Assembly: GCA_001805445.1 (NCBI GenBank)
Contig: MHGF01000003.1
Coordinates: 248,429 to 312,428, forward strand
DNA from: Omnitrophica WOR_2 bacterium GWF2_43_52
GTDB lineage: Bacteria > Omnitrophota > Gorgyraeia > Gygaellales > UBA12090
Reading direction: 5' to 3'
DNA: 64,000 nt
The translations under genes and the position numbers were made by a program. Below, piece after piece: positions 37,697 to 48,647 of the stretch. Each line of letters starts with the position of its first letter. The stretch's first letter is position 1. The notes under the pieces were generated by a model, which was given only the letters and a program-made list of their open reading frames with translations, ran no database searches and had not been told where the DNA came from.

Positions 37697-39727
37697 TCAG
37701 GGATGTCGCGAGGGGTTTTCCTTCATATTCCAAATTAAGCGCTTATATTCGTCAAGCATGCGATAGGTATTAAAATGCGCGCCAGCGCTCACACAGTCAA
37801 TCATGGCATCAATCCAGGCAGAAGCGTTATCAACCATGCCTTTTTTATTCGTGCGATAATAGAGCGCTACCATTTCTTCCAAGGCTTCATATAAACGATG
37901 CGAATCATCAACCATACGCAGATTATGCTCGCTGCCGGGCTTTGTGTCTTCCCATCTATAACCAAAGATCTTACCTATATTTTTATCTTCCGCCTCAACA
38001 ACCCAACCATCAAGGGTACTCACCTGAAGCACGCCGTTTAAAATTGCCTTCATACCGCTTGTCCCTGACGCCTCAAACGGCGGGAGGGGATTATTCAACC
38101 ACACATCCACGCTTGAGGTCAATAGTTTTGCCAAGGCTATTTCGTAATTCTCAAGCATGATGATTTTCAGGTTATCGGTAACCTTGTTCAACTCGTCTAT
38201 TTTATCCAGCATCATATTAATATAGGTAAATCCCAAATCATCCTGAGGGTGGGATTTACCCGCGAAAAGCACTTGCAGAGGGCCGTATTTCTTGGCAATC
38301 TCTATCAGCCTGTTGACATCCTGCAGGATAAGGCTCGGCCTTTTATAGGCGGCAATACGGCGGGCCCAGCATATCGTAAAAATATTCTTGTTGAGCTTCC
38401 ATTTTTCAAGAAAATGGCACAAGGCTTCCTTATTCTCCTGATGCGCCTGCCAAAGTTTGCCGCGGAATTCAGGATTACTTTTTAATTCCTTTGCCTTTAC
38501 GAGATTATAGGGATTTGCTTTTATATCACCAAAGAATGCTGAAAATTCTTCAAAGAGCCTCATGAAACTTGGCGAAATCCATGTGTGAGTATGGACACCG
38601 TTAGTGACAAATTGTATTCGCTCTTCATATTTCTTGAATTGCGTGTGCATCACTTGCTGATGGCGCTTGGATACCGCGTTAATCGCCGACGCGATATTCA
38701 TTGCTAACAGTGTCAGATTGATCATGCCGTGGCTGTCTTTGCCGTATTTTTCCATAAGCTCGAAATCTTCTTTCTTTACAATTTTACTTATCTCTGAGAT
38801 AGAAAAACGGTCATGGCCCGCCTCAACCGGTGTATGACAGGTATAGGCAAAATGCTTCCTCATTGCCTCACGCTCGTCTCCTGTTACGCCGCGGGCCTTC
38901 TCAAGGAAAGCAAATGCCGCGTGGCCTTCGTTAAGATGATAAATATCAATAGCATACCCTAGCTCGTTTAATGCCAAGACCCCACCCATCCCCAAAATGA
39001 TTCTCTGCATGGCCTTAAGAGACGTGTCATCGCTTCTGTAAAGCTGATCCGTAAGGTGGCGGTTTTTCTCGGTATTGGGTTCAATATTTGAATCCAAAAG
39101 GATAAGAGGAACAGCATAATCATGCTGGTAACTATACACATAATATTTCCAAAGGCGCAGATACACCTCTTCGGATTGCAAGGATATTTTTATTCTGTTT
39201 TTCAAAGGAATAAGCCCCGGATAAGAATTGATATCCCAATGAATCTTTTCCGGCATCTGGCCGTATTTAAACCAAAATTTCTGCCTAAAATAACCGGTAT
39301 TCCAAAGCATGCCAATTGCCGCAACCGGCAGCTTATAATCTGCCATTGTTTTCACGGTATCGCCTGCCAAAACACCCAAGCCGCCGCTATATATCGGAAG
39401 ATCCATCAGGGTATCTATCTTGACCGTAAACAGATAATCCGCGAGCCGGAAATTAGAAAACACCTCCTGCGTCTGATTCATATTTTGAACGCTCACCGGC
39501 CTTATAGACTGAAACTGGTTATACACGCTTGAGGCCAGCCCGTATTCCATTGAAAAATATGCGATAGAACGTTCGTTCCTCGCGCGCAGGCGCCGCTCCG
39601 ATTGTATGATTGGCTCAAGGGGCATACCGAAATATTTCCCTTGAGCGATATCTTTACTATAAACGCCCTCAAAATTTTCTACCGCTACGAGGCTAAGGAA
39701 TTCATCAACTAGCCTTTTATTATCCAT
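37697..39727 (-). CDS. alpha-glucan phosphorylase (GT35 family)
   Basis: EASGTSGMK pyridoxal-phosphate lysine motif of glycogen/maltodextrin phosphorylases, 676 aa. Confidence 0.8.
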   Translation of the reverse strand: MDNKRLVDEFLSLVAVENFEGVYSKDIAQGKYFGMPLEPIIQSERRLRARNERSIAYFSMEYGLASSVYNQFQSIRPVSVQNMNQTQEVFSNFRLADYLFTVKIDTLMDLPIYSGGLGVLAGDTVKTMADYKLPVAAIGMLWNTGYFRQKFWFKYGQMPEKIHWDINSYPGLIPLKNRIKISLQSEEVYLRLWKYYVYSYQHDYAVPLILLDSNIEPNTEKNRHLTDQLYRSDDTSLKAMQRIILGMGGVLALNELGYAIDIYHLNEGHAAFAFLEKARGVTGDEREAMRKHFAYTCHTPVEAGHDRFSISEISKIVKKEDFELMEKYGKDSHGMINLTLLAMNIASAINAVSKRHQQVMHTQFKKYEERIQFVTNGVHTHTWISPSFMRLFEEFSAFFGDIKANPYNLVKAKELKSNPEFRGKLWQAHQENKEALCHFLEKWKLNKNIFTICWARRIAAYKRPSLILQDVNRLIEIAKKYGPLQVLFAGKSHPQDDLGFTYINMMLDKIDELNKVTDNLKIIMLENYEIALAKLLTSSVDVWLNNPLPPFEASGTSGMKAILNGVLQVSTLDGWVVEAEDKNIGKIFGYRWEDTKPGSEHNLRMVDDSHRLYEALEEMVALYYRTNKKGMVDNASAWIDAMIDCVSAGAHFNTYRMLDEYKRLIWNMKENPSRHP

Positions 39728-39820
39728 GTACGACTCCCCTTTTGATGAGTACTTCTCCCATTAAAAATCATCGCCGCAAGAAATGATATTATACCACTTT
39801 TTTTAAAAAAATGAACTTTC

Positions 39821-40843
39821 TTATAGCTTCAAAATCTTACGTATAGCGGAATCGAGCTCTTCCACACTAATGGCTTCCATGCAAGGGGCAGGTTCAAACT
39901 CTTTATTACAAACAATCTCGCCTCTGCCAGGACAACAGGGCAGACACTCAAGCTTTGCTTTGGAAACAATCACATTCTGCCGATGAAAATAGGGATAGAA
40001 ACAATCCGGCGACGTCGCCCCATATAACCCGATAGTTTCAATGCCCATACAACTTGCCACATGCAGAAGGCTCGAATCAGGCGCGATGAAAAGACGGCAA
40101 CGCTTCATTAATGCCATAGCCTGGCGAAGCGAGGTTTTATCAAGTGCCGAGATAATTCCGGGAGAAATCTGTTGCAGCACCGCGCGGCTAAACGGATCGT
40201 CACTACTTTTACCAAAAGCGATCACGCAAGCGCCATAGCGATTCTTGAGGATCGCCGCGAGCGCGTTCCATCGGGCGATGGGCCAGCTCTTTAATGACCA
40301 TGCCGCGATAGGTAAAATTCCGACAAGCAGAACATCTGCCGTAATGCCCTTATGGCGTAAAAAATTATCGGCAAACGCGTTGTCTTCATCGCTTATAGCA
40401 AAAGTAACGGCTGCCTCATGGAGTTTGATACCTTTTGCGCGCAAGAGTTCAAGATACCTGTCTGCGCTATGCTGTTGTGATTTCAGAGAAACACTCCTTG
40501 TGGCTGAAGTAAGACTCCAGGAACAAGGAATTCCTAAAAACAGATGCATCAACGAGCGCTTGAGTACTACTGCCACATCAAAATTTTCTTTACGCAAAAG
40601 GCCAATGAGTTTAAGCTGACGCGCCAAGCCCCGCGCGCCCCTTAGCGCATCAAGTAAAAAAATCTTATCCACACCGCTACAGCTTCGCGCGATATCATAC
40701 GCGCGATGAGAAGTCAAAAAAGAAATCTTTGCCTGCGGGAAATTTTCGCGTAACTGGCCTACGACGATCAGGTCATAGCAGACATCACCAATATTTGAAT
40801 GGCCTATGATGAGGATACGACGGAACATTTTCCCTGTTACCAC
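39821..40843 (-). CDS. GT9 family glycosyltransferase (ADP-heptose:LPS heptosyltransferase-like)
   Basis: N-terminal ILIIGHSNIGDV motif and GT9 layout. Near the ADP-heptose synthesis genes. Confidence 0.75.
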   Translation of the reverse strand: MVTGKMFRRILIIGHSNIGDVCYDLIVVGQLRENFPQAKISFLTSHRAYDIARSCSGVDKIFLLDALRGARGLARQLKLIGLLRKENFDVAVVLKRSLMHLFLGIPCSWSLTSATRSVSLKSQQHSADRYLELLRAKGIKLHEAAVTFAISDEDNAFADNFLRHKGITADVLLVGILPIAAWSLKSWPIARWNALAAILKNRYGACVIAFGKSSDDPFSRAVLQQISPGIISALDKTSLRQAMALMKRCRLFIAPDSSLLHVASCMGIETIGLYGATSPDCFYPYFHRQNVIVSKAKLECLPCCPGRGEIVCNKEFEPAPCMEAISVEELDSAIRKILKL

Positions 40844-41910
40844 TTCGCCATCATTTCAAGAGACTCAAGCGCCAAAGTAATGGCGCACTCAACATCCTGG
40901 ATATTAAAAACCCCGGTTGCCGAATGTATATAGCGGGTAGGAATACTTAAGACTCCTGTAGGGATTCCTTCCCTGTTCATATAAATCATCGCCCCGTCAG
41001 TCATCCCTCCGTCAATAACATCCATTTGATAAGGTATCCTGTTCTTCTTCGCGGTTTCGACAAAAAGGTTCCTTATCCTTTCGTTGACAATCAGGCCTCT
41101 TCCTGAAGCCTCAATGATGGTGATAGCCACACCGCTTCCTAATTTTAAACATGATTCCCGTTCTCTGATCGAAGGAGTATCTCCGGCGATAGTCGTATCG
41201 ATGGCAATGGCAAAATCAGGATTGATTTTATAAGAAGAGGTCCGAGCGCCTTTTAATCCGACTTCTTCCTGCACCGTGGCTACCGCGTAGACCTCCGCAT
41301 CCACAGAGAGTTTCTTCATGATTTCGATTAAAGCAAAACAACCCACGCGGTCATCGATTGCCTTACCGTAATACAGCTTTCCGTTCAACACTCCCGCGTT
41401 AGGCTCAAAGAGCACCGCGTCGCCGATGGAAACCGCTTTTTCCGCTTCTTCCTTATTCTTACAGCCGATATCAATAAACATATCTTCATATTTTAACAGC
41501 TGTTTTCGTTCCTCATCCTTGAGTAAGTGCGGCGGTTTTGTCCCGATAATTCCCAGGATATCTTTCTTTTTAGCCTTGATTACCACCCTCTGGGCAGGTA
41601 AAACCCTATCGTCAATACCTCCAACCTTGATAAAGCTTAAGAAGCCTTCCTTGCTTATATGCTTGACAACAAAGCCGACTTCATCCATATGCGCTGCCAA
41701 CATGATCTTATTTTTTCCCTTACCTTTTCGCGCAATCACATTACCGAAAGTATCAATAGAAACCTCGCGGCAGGTTTTCTTCAGCTCATCATAGAGTATC
41801 TTCGCGATTTCATTTTCATATCCGGGGACACCGGCGGCATTAATTATGGTACGTAACAAATCATTCATATTGTTCCTCCTATGGTAATGCCAGGCATAGA
41901 CAACTCGCAT
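40837..41910 (-). CDS. M42 family aminopeptidase (FrvX/endoglucanase-like)
   Basis: Overall M42 similarity with metal-binding H/D/E positions, 357 aa. Confidence 0.8.
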   Translation of the reverse strand: MRVVYAWHYHRRNNMNDLLRTIINAAGVPGYENEIAKILYDELKKTCREVSIDTFGNVIARKGKGKNKIMLAAHMDEVGFVVKHISKEGFLSFIKVGGIDDRVLPAQRVVIKAKKKDILGIIGTKPPHLLKDEERKQLLKYEDMFIDIGCKNKEEAEKAVSIGDAVLFEPNAGVLNGKLYYGKAIDDRVGCFALIEIMKKLSVDAEVYAVATVQEEVGLKGARTSSYKINPDFAIAIDTTIAGDTPSIRERESCLKLGSGVAITIIEASGRGLIVNERIRNLFVETAKKNRIPYQMDVIDGGMTDGAMIYMNREGIPTGVLSIPTRYIHSATGVFNIQDVECAITLALESLEMMAKW

Positions 41911-41989
41911 ACCCCTTTGTTTATGCCAGGCATTATCTCATCTCCTCAAAAGAGTACTTACAGAGCGTAAGCCTTTGAATTAACCGGCT

Positions 41990-42667
41990 TCACTCTCCTT
42001 TTACCCTACTTACCTTTGACGGTAAAATTACTATTTCTACCCTTCTGTTTTTTTGCCTGTTCTGCGTTGAATCGTTATCCGCTACCAGCCTATATTCACC
42101 GTAGCCGTTAGCCGAAAGGCGCTTAGGAGAAATATTACACTGGGCAATCAAATAATGCAATACCGAAAGCGCGCGCGCCGAGGAAAGCTCCCAATTGGAT
42201 TTCCATCCGGAGTATTTTATCGGCTCATTATCCGTATGCCCCTCAATTGCCACCAGTGAATGTGGCACATTCGTATTCAAGACCTCGGCAACCTTCTGCA
42301 ACGCGCTCTCTCCGTCAGAACGAATGGTATCTTTTCCTGAGTTAAAAAAAACTTCGGATAAAAAAGTAATCACCAGCCCGCGCTCGGTCATTTGTAGTTT
42401 TGCCTTATATTCCCCGATTTCCTTTTTTAAAGATTCCTCAAGCTCTGCCTTGGCCTTTTCCAATTCAGAAAGCTCCCCTTGTTTTTCCTCGGTAACCTGC
42501 TCTAGTTCTGCTTGCTTCTCTCTCCTTAGTTGCTCAAGCCTCTGCCTTAAATTCGCGTTTTCAGCCTCTAAGGCATCGTAACCTTGAACTTTTTGTATCG
42601 TGGTACATCCGGATAGGAAGCATATCCCTCCGGCGCAGGCGATGAGCATAACCCCATATCTTCTCAT
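41990..42667 (-). CDS. OmpA-like lipoprotein with an N-terminal coiled coil
   Basis: Lipobox LSGC. E/K/Q-rich coiled coil. C-terminal OmpA-like peptidoglycan-binding domain (FNSGKD ... IEGHTDN ... NWELSSARA). Confidence 0.7.
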   Translation of the reverse strand: MRRYGVMLIACAGGICFLSGCTTIQKVQGYDALEAENANLRQRLEQLRREKQAELEQVTEEKQGELSELEKAKAELEESLKKEIGEYKAKLQMTERGLVITFLSEVFFNSGKDTIRSDGESALQKVAEVLNTNVPHSLVAIEGHTDNEPIKYSGWKSNWELSSARALSVLHYLIAQCNISPKRLSANGYGEYRLVADNDSTQNRQKNRRVEIVILPSKVSRVKGE

Positions 42668-43602
42668 ATCGTATGTTCCTCCATAGTAAACTCCGTAAAA
42701 TACCTATAGGCCTCAAAGGCAAGCCTGGCGATAAACTCTTTCGCGCGTTTACTCGTCTTATCGGTATGGCTGGTCAAAACACATAGCAGAAAATTACCAC
42801 CGGGGCTAAAGACTATCCCCGCATCATGGCAGACATGACGCTCTAAACCGGTTTTATGGGCAATGACAACCTCTGGCGGCAGGAGAGCGGGAATGCGGTC
42901 CTTAATCTTCTGCTGTTTTAGTAAACTTAAACAGCGTTCAGAGAACTCCGCGTTGATTACTTCTTTACGATACATCTTCTCTAAAAGCAAAGCAACGTCA
43001 CCAGCAGTAGTATAATTTTCCACGCCTTTTCTGCGCAACTTAAACTCCATCATCTTGCGTGCAAGAGAGGTATCCTTAAGGCCAAACTCCTTAAAGCAGG
43101 AATTCATATACTCATAGCCAAGAAGCTCTATGAGCATATTGGTTGCGGTATTATCGCTTTCGGTAATCATCCGCTCAATAAGGTTTTCTATACTCACCCT
43201 TCTTCCTGCGGCCATAGTTTTAAGCGTCCCTGAACCTAAAACTTTATGCCGTTCTTTAAGGATGAGCTCATCCTGCAATTTTATTTTCCCTTGAAACACA
43301 GCATAAAAGCAAGAGGCCATAATAGGTATTTTAGCCAAGCTTGCGGAAGGAAAGGATTTGGTTTTATTCACTGCTATCTGCCAATCCATATCAAGGTCCT
43401 TCAGAATTACGCCGGCCTCGCCTTGAAATCGGCTCACCTCCTGTGATAAGGCACGCTCAAGTGCCTGCCACAGCGCCTTTTTTTTCTCAAGCGCAAGCCT
43501 TTTAATCTTTATTTGCTGATAACGTTGATAAGTGAAATAACCAGCGCTACCAACAAAGACAACAGCCAGTAAAGATACTACAACGATCTTCTTCTTAAGC
43601 AT
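42664..43602 (-). CDS. class A beta-lactamase-like serine hydrolase
   Basis: SxxK motif (SASLAK), SDN-like (SDN at ESDNTA) and a KTG motif (AHKTG), typical of class A beta-lactamase / PBP-like enzymes. N-terminal TM anchor. Confidence 0.6.
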   Translation of the reverse strand: MLKKKIVVVSLLAVVFVGSAGYFTYQRYQQIKIKRLALEKKKALWQALERALSQEVSRFQGEAGVILKDLDMDWQIAVNKTKSFPSASLAKIPIMASCFYAVFQGKIKLQDELILKERHKVLGSGTLKTMAAGRRVSIENLIERMITESDNTATNMLIELLGYEYMNSCFKEFGLKDTSLARKMMEFKLRRKGVENYTTAGDVALLLEKMYRKEVINAEFSERCLSLLKQQKIKDRIPALLPPEVVIAHKTGLERHVCHDAGIVFSPGGNFLLCVLTSHTDKTSKRAKEFIARLAFEAYRYFTEFTMEEHTI

Positions 43603-43912
43603 ACCTGTTCTTTTACCTCTCTACATTAAAGACGTCCATGCTCATTTCTCAACCCTAAGTTAAAAACCTTCGCTAATCATACCATGACCAACGAAGGTTG
43701 TTTTACTTTCTTTTAACCGTAGGCTGATTCGCCCCATTACGAAAACATCTGATATTTCCTTCTTGGCACTCAGGACGGTTACAGGAGTATCGTACTGCTT
43801 AATTTACCAAAAGCTGATGATTTGTCAATGGCTTTCGCAATGTAAAAATTTGTGGTAATATTTTTATTACTTATGCTATAATAATAATTTAAAGCACATA
43901 CTCAAGGCGATT

Positions 43913-44335
43913 ATGTTTACCTATAGAAGAAAAATCAGGGTTCAGGATACGGATGCCGCGGGAGTCATTTTCTTCCCTAATCAATTCTGCTTCTATCAAG
44001 AGGCATTTGAGGCGTTTCTTGAAAGCATAGGCTATGATTTAGCAGCAGTGGTTCGAAAAAGCAACCATCATTTGCCGGTTGTTCATGCCGAAGCTGATTA
44101 TAGGGCTCCCTTACGCTTAGGAGATTCTATTGATATTCAACTTAAGGTTATGCATGTAGGGCACTCTTCCCTTAGCTTTCAGGCTGATATTCTTAAACAA
44201 GGTAAAATCCGCGCCGGATGCGTAAAAGTAGTCCACGTGTCTGTTGACGCCCACACCCGCAAGAAAACCCCCCTTCCCGCAAGCCTGCGTAAAAAAATGG
44301 CGCAACTGCATAAGAAAAATCACATATCCCTATAA
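43913..44335 (+). CDS. hotdog-fold acyl-CoA thioesterase (possible DHNA-CoA thioesterase of the menaquinone pathway)
   Basis: YbgC/4HBT-like N-terminus (RVQDTDAAGVIFFPNQF). Located beside menE/menC/menA. Confidence 0.65.
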   Translation: MFTYRRKIRVQDTDAAGVIFFPNQFCFYQEAFEAFLESIGYDLAAVVRKSNHHLPVVHAEADYRAPLRLGDSIDIQLKVMHVGHSSLSFQADILKQGKIRAGCVKVVHVSVDAHTRKKTPLPASLRKKMAQLHKKNHISL

Positions 44336-44555
44336 TCCCAGAATTTGCATTGAACTGTGTTGCAATAGCAAAATGTATGTCATTGCGATCCGCCGAAGGC
44401 GGAGAAGCAATCTTGATCCTAAGATTACTTCGTCGCTGTCGCTCCTCGTAATGACACGATGAGGCATTACTGTTCTGCCCGCAAAGATAAATAATAACAT
44501 TATGACATAGTCTGATTAGGATTTTGGTAAATCGACACGGTTAGAGCGGAAGGTT

Positions 44556-45974
44556 TCAGAAGGCGCGGCGGTTTGATTTTATGCCGCTCGAGAGTACTTG
44601 ATTCGGCCAGAGATAAAAGGCATCGGGAATCTTAAATTTAGGCAAGTATTTACTTAAGTGTTTTACCAGCGCCACTCGGTTTAGGCGCTTATTCTTTTTT
44701 AGCTTTAGAAACGCGACCGGACGGAATCCGTATTCTTGATGGGGAGCTGCCACAACATAAGCATCTTCAACGAACGCGCACGTGCGCAAGAAATATTCTA
44801 TCTCTTCGGGAAAAATGTTTTCCCCCCCTGAGATAAGCATCGTGTCTTTACGCCCTTTAATAGTAAGAAATTTCCCCTTTTCAAGAATCCCGCTATCCCC
44901 AGTATGAAACCAGCCATCTCTATCGGTAGCCGGCTTCAACACGCCGTTTTTAATATATCCTTGAAAAAGCGTCTTACCGGCTACCAGAATTTCGCCGTCT
45001 TTAGCTATACGCACTTTGCGATATCGCAGCATTTTTGCTTTTAAAGAAGCACTTTTATGATTGAGCGCGCCGGTTGTTGCTACTTGAGAAGCCAGTTCCG
45101 TAAGTCCGTATGATACATACAGAGGAAAATTTTTCCTGCGCGCCTCTGCTATAAGCTGTTCTGGTATAGCGCTTCCTCCTACGAGAAGCGCTTTCAATTT
45201 CTTAAGTACACTGCAACCCCCTTTTGCTGCCACTATTCTCTGTAACTGCGCGGCTACAAAAGAAACATGAGTAATACTATGCTGATTAATGGCTGAGCAA
45301 ACATCCTTATTTTTAGAAATAACCACTGCCGCGCCTTTTAAAAAACAGCGAAACAGAATGCTCAGGCCCGACACATGATACAGCGGCAAAGACAAAAGCC
45401 AGCGATCAAAAGGCTCAACCGGGATATTTTTATTGGAGCCGAGCGCGCTGTAGTAATGATTCGCGAAAGTATGCTGTACTGCTTTAGGCAGGGTAGTGCT
45501 GCCTGAAGTAAAAAGTATTGTTGCCGGCTGAGTAAGCGCGTAGCAGGCATTTTTAGATGAAACGTACGGGGCGTTTTTTGTAACGATGTTTTCTAGAGAA
45601 ACGACAGCAATCGGTAAGCTTTTAAACTTTTTGGCTTCCGCGGTAAGAAGGACTTTCCCTCGAATATTCTTTATGTGCTGACTAAGCGCGTTCAGCGGAA
45701 GCCTTTCGCTTAAATGGCAGCTCACCGCTCCAATACGCCACAAGGCAAACAAAGCAATGACATACTCAGGGCTTGATGGAGCTACAATACAAACCCTTCC
45801 TTTCCCTTTTATGCCGATATCCTGAAGTTTTTTGGCACAGTAATCTATAGCATTGTCAAAGGCTTTATAGTTAAGCGTTTCCCTGCCGAAAATAATAGCG
45901 GGCCGCCCGCCATGTTTAAGAGCATTTATTTTTACCGGACACTGAATCTGCATAAGTACCTTACGGAGGCTCAC
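44556..45974 (-). CDS. menE: o-succinylbenzoate-CoA ligase
   Basis: AMP-binding motifs (LFTSGSTTLPKAV, GYGLTE) and men-cluster context. Confidence 0.75.
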   Translation of the reverse strand: MSLRKVLMQIQCPVKINALKHGGRPAIIFGRETLNYKAFDNAIDYCAKKLQDIGIKGKGRVCIVAPSSPEYVIALFALWRIGAVSCHLSERLPLNALSQHIKNIRGKVLLTAEAKKFKSLPIAVVSLENIVTKNAPYVSSKNACYALTQPATILFTSGSTTLPKAVQHTFANHYYSALGSNKNIPVEPFDRWLLSLPLYHVSGLSILFRCFLKGAAVVISKNKDVCSAINQHSITHVSFVAAQLQRIVAAKGGCSVLKKLKALLVGGSAIPEQLIAEARRKNFPLYVSYGLTELASQVATTGALNHKSASLKAKMLRYRKVRIAKDGEILVAGKTLFQGYIKNGVLKPATDRDGWFHTGDSGILEKGKFLTIKGRKDTMLISGGENIFPEEIEYFLRTCAFVEDAYVVAAPHQEYGFRPVAFLKLKKNKRLNRVALVKHLSKYLPKFKIPDAFYLWPNQVLSSGIKSNRRAF

Positions 45975-46042
45975 CTTACGGAGGCTCCGCCTCCGTAAAC
46001 GCCTTTTGCTCTTCTTCCGGAGGCTCCGCCTTGAGATTGGCT

Positions 46043-47125
46043 TTATACCTGGTTTAAACTTTCAAAACGGATATCACCTTCGCTTAATGGCTTAAGGCGC
46101 GCCGTCATTTTTCCTTCTTGAGCCACACAAGGCTCTTTCAATAAATCTTTCTCAAAATATTTTAAGGTATCAATCCCCGCCCGGCAATTGCCGCCAATCG
46201 CAGCGGTAAGATGAATAAGGGAAAATAGCCCGATGCCGGATTCAAATAAAGAGCTCACTACAATTTGTATGCCGCTTTTCTTAGCCTCATCTGCCATCGC
46301 AAGCGTCTTTCTTATGCCTCCTAGGAGTGTAGGTTTTAATACCCAGGCCTTTACCCCTTCACGTATTTTGACTACCTTGTCTCCTTCTGAAAGAAGAGAT
46401 TCATCTAAGGCGACAGTAATGCCTGTTTTATGAAAAAATTCAGGTATCTTTTCTACCTCTTTAAAAGGCTCTTCTATGTATTCAATCTGCTTTGGTTCAA
46501 TCGCGCTTGCAAAATACAGGGCATCATCATAACTCCACCTTTGATTCACATCCAAATGTATACGCGCACGATTATTCACCAGCGCCAAAACCTCATTGAC
46601 GCGGGTTATATCTTCTTTCACCTTGCCGCCTGCCTTCACTTTTATTGATTGAAATCCCTTCAAAAGCAAATCGTTAACCGCCTCTTTAAGAGGCTCTTCT
46701 TCCTGAAGCAGCCCGTTAACCATAATGGCAGAGCTTGGAGATGTAGCCCAAAGATACGACAGGGGCTTTTGCAGCTTAAGCGCTATCGCGTTATAGACAA
46801 CTGCTTCCACGCCAAAACGAACTTCAGGAATAAGCTGGAATGAATCTATCATCTTAAACAACTCGTTAGACTCATCCGGCAGTTCTTGCAAGGTAAAACT
46901 TTTTTTAAATTCCTTAAGATTTTTGACATATGCTTCTATTTCTCTATCGTCAAATCCTTTAAGAGGAGCAATCTCGCCAAATCCCTGCCACTGGTTATCC
47001 AGCGTCAAAAAAAGTATAATCCCCTCACGTAAGCGTAATTGGTTTCTCCCATGAATTAAAACAGGAGATTTAAAAGGCAGGCTGTAGCGGTAAATCTTTA
47101 AGGAAGTGACTTTCACAGTATCCAA
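46043..47125 (-). CDS. menC: o-succinylbenzoate synthase (enolase superfamily)
   Basis: Mandelate racemase/muconate lactonizing enzyme-like layout with K-x-K and D/E/D metal ligands. Men-cluster context. Confidence 0.75.
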   Translation of the reverse strand: MDTVKVTSLKIYRYSLPFKSPVLIHGRNQLRLREGIILFLTLDNQWQGFGEIAPLKGFDDREIEAYVKNLKEFKKSFTLQELPDESNELFKMIDSFQLIPEVRFGVEAVVYNAIALKLQKPLSYLWATSPSSAIMVNGLLQEEEPLKEAVNDLLLKGFQSIKVKAGGKVKEDITRVNEVLALVNNRARIHLDVNQRWSYDDALYFASAIEPKQIEYIEEPFKEVEKIPEFFHKTGITVALDESLLSEGDKVVKIREGVKAWVLKPTLLGGIRKTLAMADEAKKSGIQIVVSSLFESGIGLFSLIHLTAAIGGNCRAGIDTLKYFEKDLLKEPCVAQEGKMTARLKPLSEGDIRFESLNQV

Positions 47126-47997
47126 CCCAGGGAAAAAAGAAGGCTGTAAATAACCAGGAGTTTTCCGGTAAAACTCAATACCTTGTTAAGCGAAGGGCCG
47201 TCAGTTTTGTTAAGGACAACCTGTATGCTGGGAATAGCAATAAAGGCGATTACAGAAGCCACTATTATTTTGGAATGTTCTTTGGTAAGAAGGTAAAGAT
47301 ATACGGGAATGCTTGAGGCAAAAAGAATTGAGGCTAGGTATTCGCTTTGCGCGAAGCGTTTGCCAAAGCGCACGGCTAAGGTGCGTTTTCCGGTTAACGC
47401 GTCTGTATGCATATCCCGGTAATTATTCACGCAAAGCATTGAAATTGAAAGCGCCCCAACCCCCAACCCTGCCAGGAATGCCGCACTACTCCAAGAAAAC
47501 GACTGCACATAATAAGTCCCGGCCACGGCAACCGGCCCAAAGAAAATAAAAACAAAGAATTCCCCCAGGCCGATATATCCAAGCGGTTTTGGGCCCGCGG
47601 TATACAATATCCCTGAGGCAATGGATAAAATGCCAATAATGATAATAGGCAAGCCGCCTCTAGCTACCAAATAAAGCGATACCACCACCGCCAACCCAAA
47701 GACAAAAATAAAGCCCCTCTTTACTGCTTCGGGGCTTAATAATCCTGACTGAGTTACCCGCGTCGGCCCGATACGCTCTACGGTATCGGCTCCTTTCTTA
47801 AAATCAAAATAGTCATTGGCAAGATTCGTCCCTATCTGAATCAAAAGCGCGCACACAAGGCAAAAGAACGCGCTTAAAAGATGGAATACTCCGTCCCCAT
47901 AGGCCATTGCCGCGCCTATGACAACCGGCGCCACAGCCGCAGGAAGCGTCTTTAGCCGGCAGGCCATCTGCCAGATTTTTATACCATTACTTTTCAC
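47113..47997 (-). CDS. menA: 1,4-dihydroxy-2-naphthoate octaprenyltransferase
   Basis: UbiA-family polytopic membrane protein with NDYFD motif (ANDYFDFKKGAD). Confidence 0.8.
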   Translation of the reverse strand: MKSNGIKIWQMACRLKTLPAAVAPVVIGAAMAYGDGVFHLLSAFFCLVCALLIQIGTNLANDYFDFKKGADTVERIGPTRVTQSGLLSPEAVKRGFIFVFGLAVVVSLYLVARGGLPIIIIGILSIASGILYTAGPKPLGYIGLGEFFVFIFFGPVAVAGTYYVQSFSWSSAAFLAGLGVGALSISMLCVNNYRDMHTDALTGKRTLAVRFGKRFAQSEYLASILFASSIPVYLYLLTKEHSKIIVASVIAFIAIPSIQVVLNKTDGPSLNKVLSFTGKLLVIYSLLFSLGWIL

Positions 47998-48011
47998 GTA
48001 CGATAACCGTA

Positions 48012-48263
48012 TTAGCGATATGCCTCTTTTCTGTGCTTAAGCCTATAGATAAAAACTTCTTTTGCCTTATCGTCTATGCGATAGAGCAGCCTATAGCTGC
48101 CAATCCTCACCCTATACCCATCTTCATTAGTGAGCTTAAGTGCCCCGTATGGCCGGGGATTATTGGCTAAACGCACAATTTCATCTTTTGCTGCATTAAA
48201 AATTTTCCCTTGCAGGCGATCAAGGTCTTTTTGAGCTTGCGGCAAAATCTTTATCCTATACAT
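48012..48263 (-). CDS. RelE/ParE-family type II toxin
   Basis: 83 aa with the RelE/StbE-like pattern (KILPQAQKDL ... YRLLYRIDD ... VFIYRLKHRKE). Confidence 0.8.
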   Translation of the reverse strand: MYRIKILPQAQKDLDRLQGKIFNAAKDEIVRLANNPRPYGALKLTNEDGYRVRIGSYRLLYRIDDKAKEVFIYRLKHRKEAYR

Positions 48264-48491
48264 TTAGCCTGATCTTTTTCTTAAATACTCTTCTAAGCTA
48301 ACGGCTTTTCCTTCTTCCGCGCGTAACTTCTTTAAATCCAACAAATCCTCATTCAACTCTTCACGGGCAATCTGTTCCTCTAAGGCCTTCTCGACAAAGA
48401 AACCCTGCTTTATCCCATGCTCCAGGCAGAATTTCTTTAGCCTGTTGACAAGTTTGGAATCAATCTTTACCGCATACGATACCTTGTTCAT
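48264..48491 (-). CDS. type II antitoxin (RelB/ParD-like) paired with the downstream toxin
   Basis: 75 aa, immediately upstream of the toxin and adjacent to it (stop at 48264, toxin start at 48263). Helical, acidic C-terminus. Confidence 0.6.
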   Translation of the reverse strand: MNKVSYAVKIDSKLVNRLKKFCLEHGIKQGFFVEKALEEQIAREELNEDLLDLKKLRAEEGKAVSLEEYLRKRSG

Positions 48492-48647
48492 TCCTTATCC
48501 ACCTCCAGATAAACTATATCATATAAAGTTTTATATTTCAAGAAAAAGTTTACTAAAGAAAACTTCTATCATTCCATAGAATCTGAATAATCGGCTTTGA
48601 ATAAGCCGATAGCCAATTTTGGGAAGAAATTATTTCTCAGGTTGTTT

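Noticed and set aside
44355-44371. TTGCAATAGCAAAAT (containing the TTGC-N4-GCAA inverted repeat) occurs at 44355 and again at 63422
   Set aside because: An exact 14-15-mer shared twice in 64 kb of AT-biased sequence is close to chance expectation (on the order of ten such pairs when both strands are considered). The two sites have different gene contexts, one convergent terminator region and one upstream region. There is no further flanking similarity.
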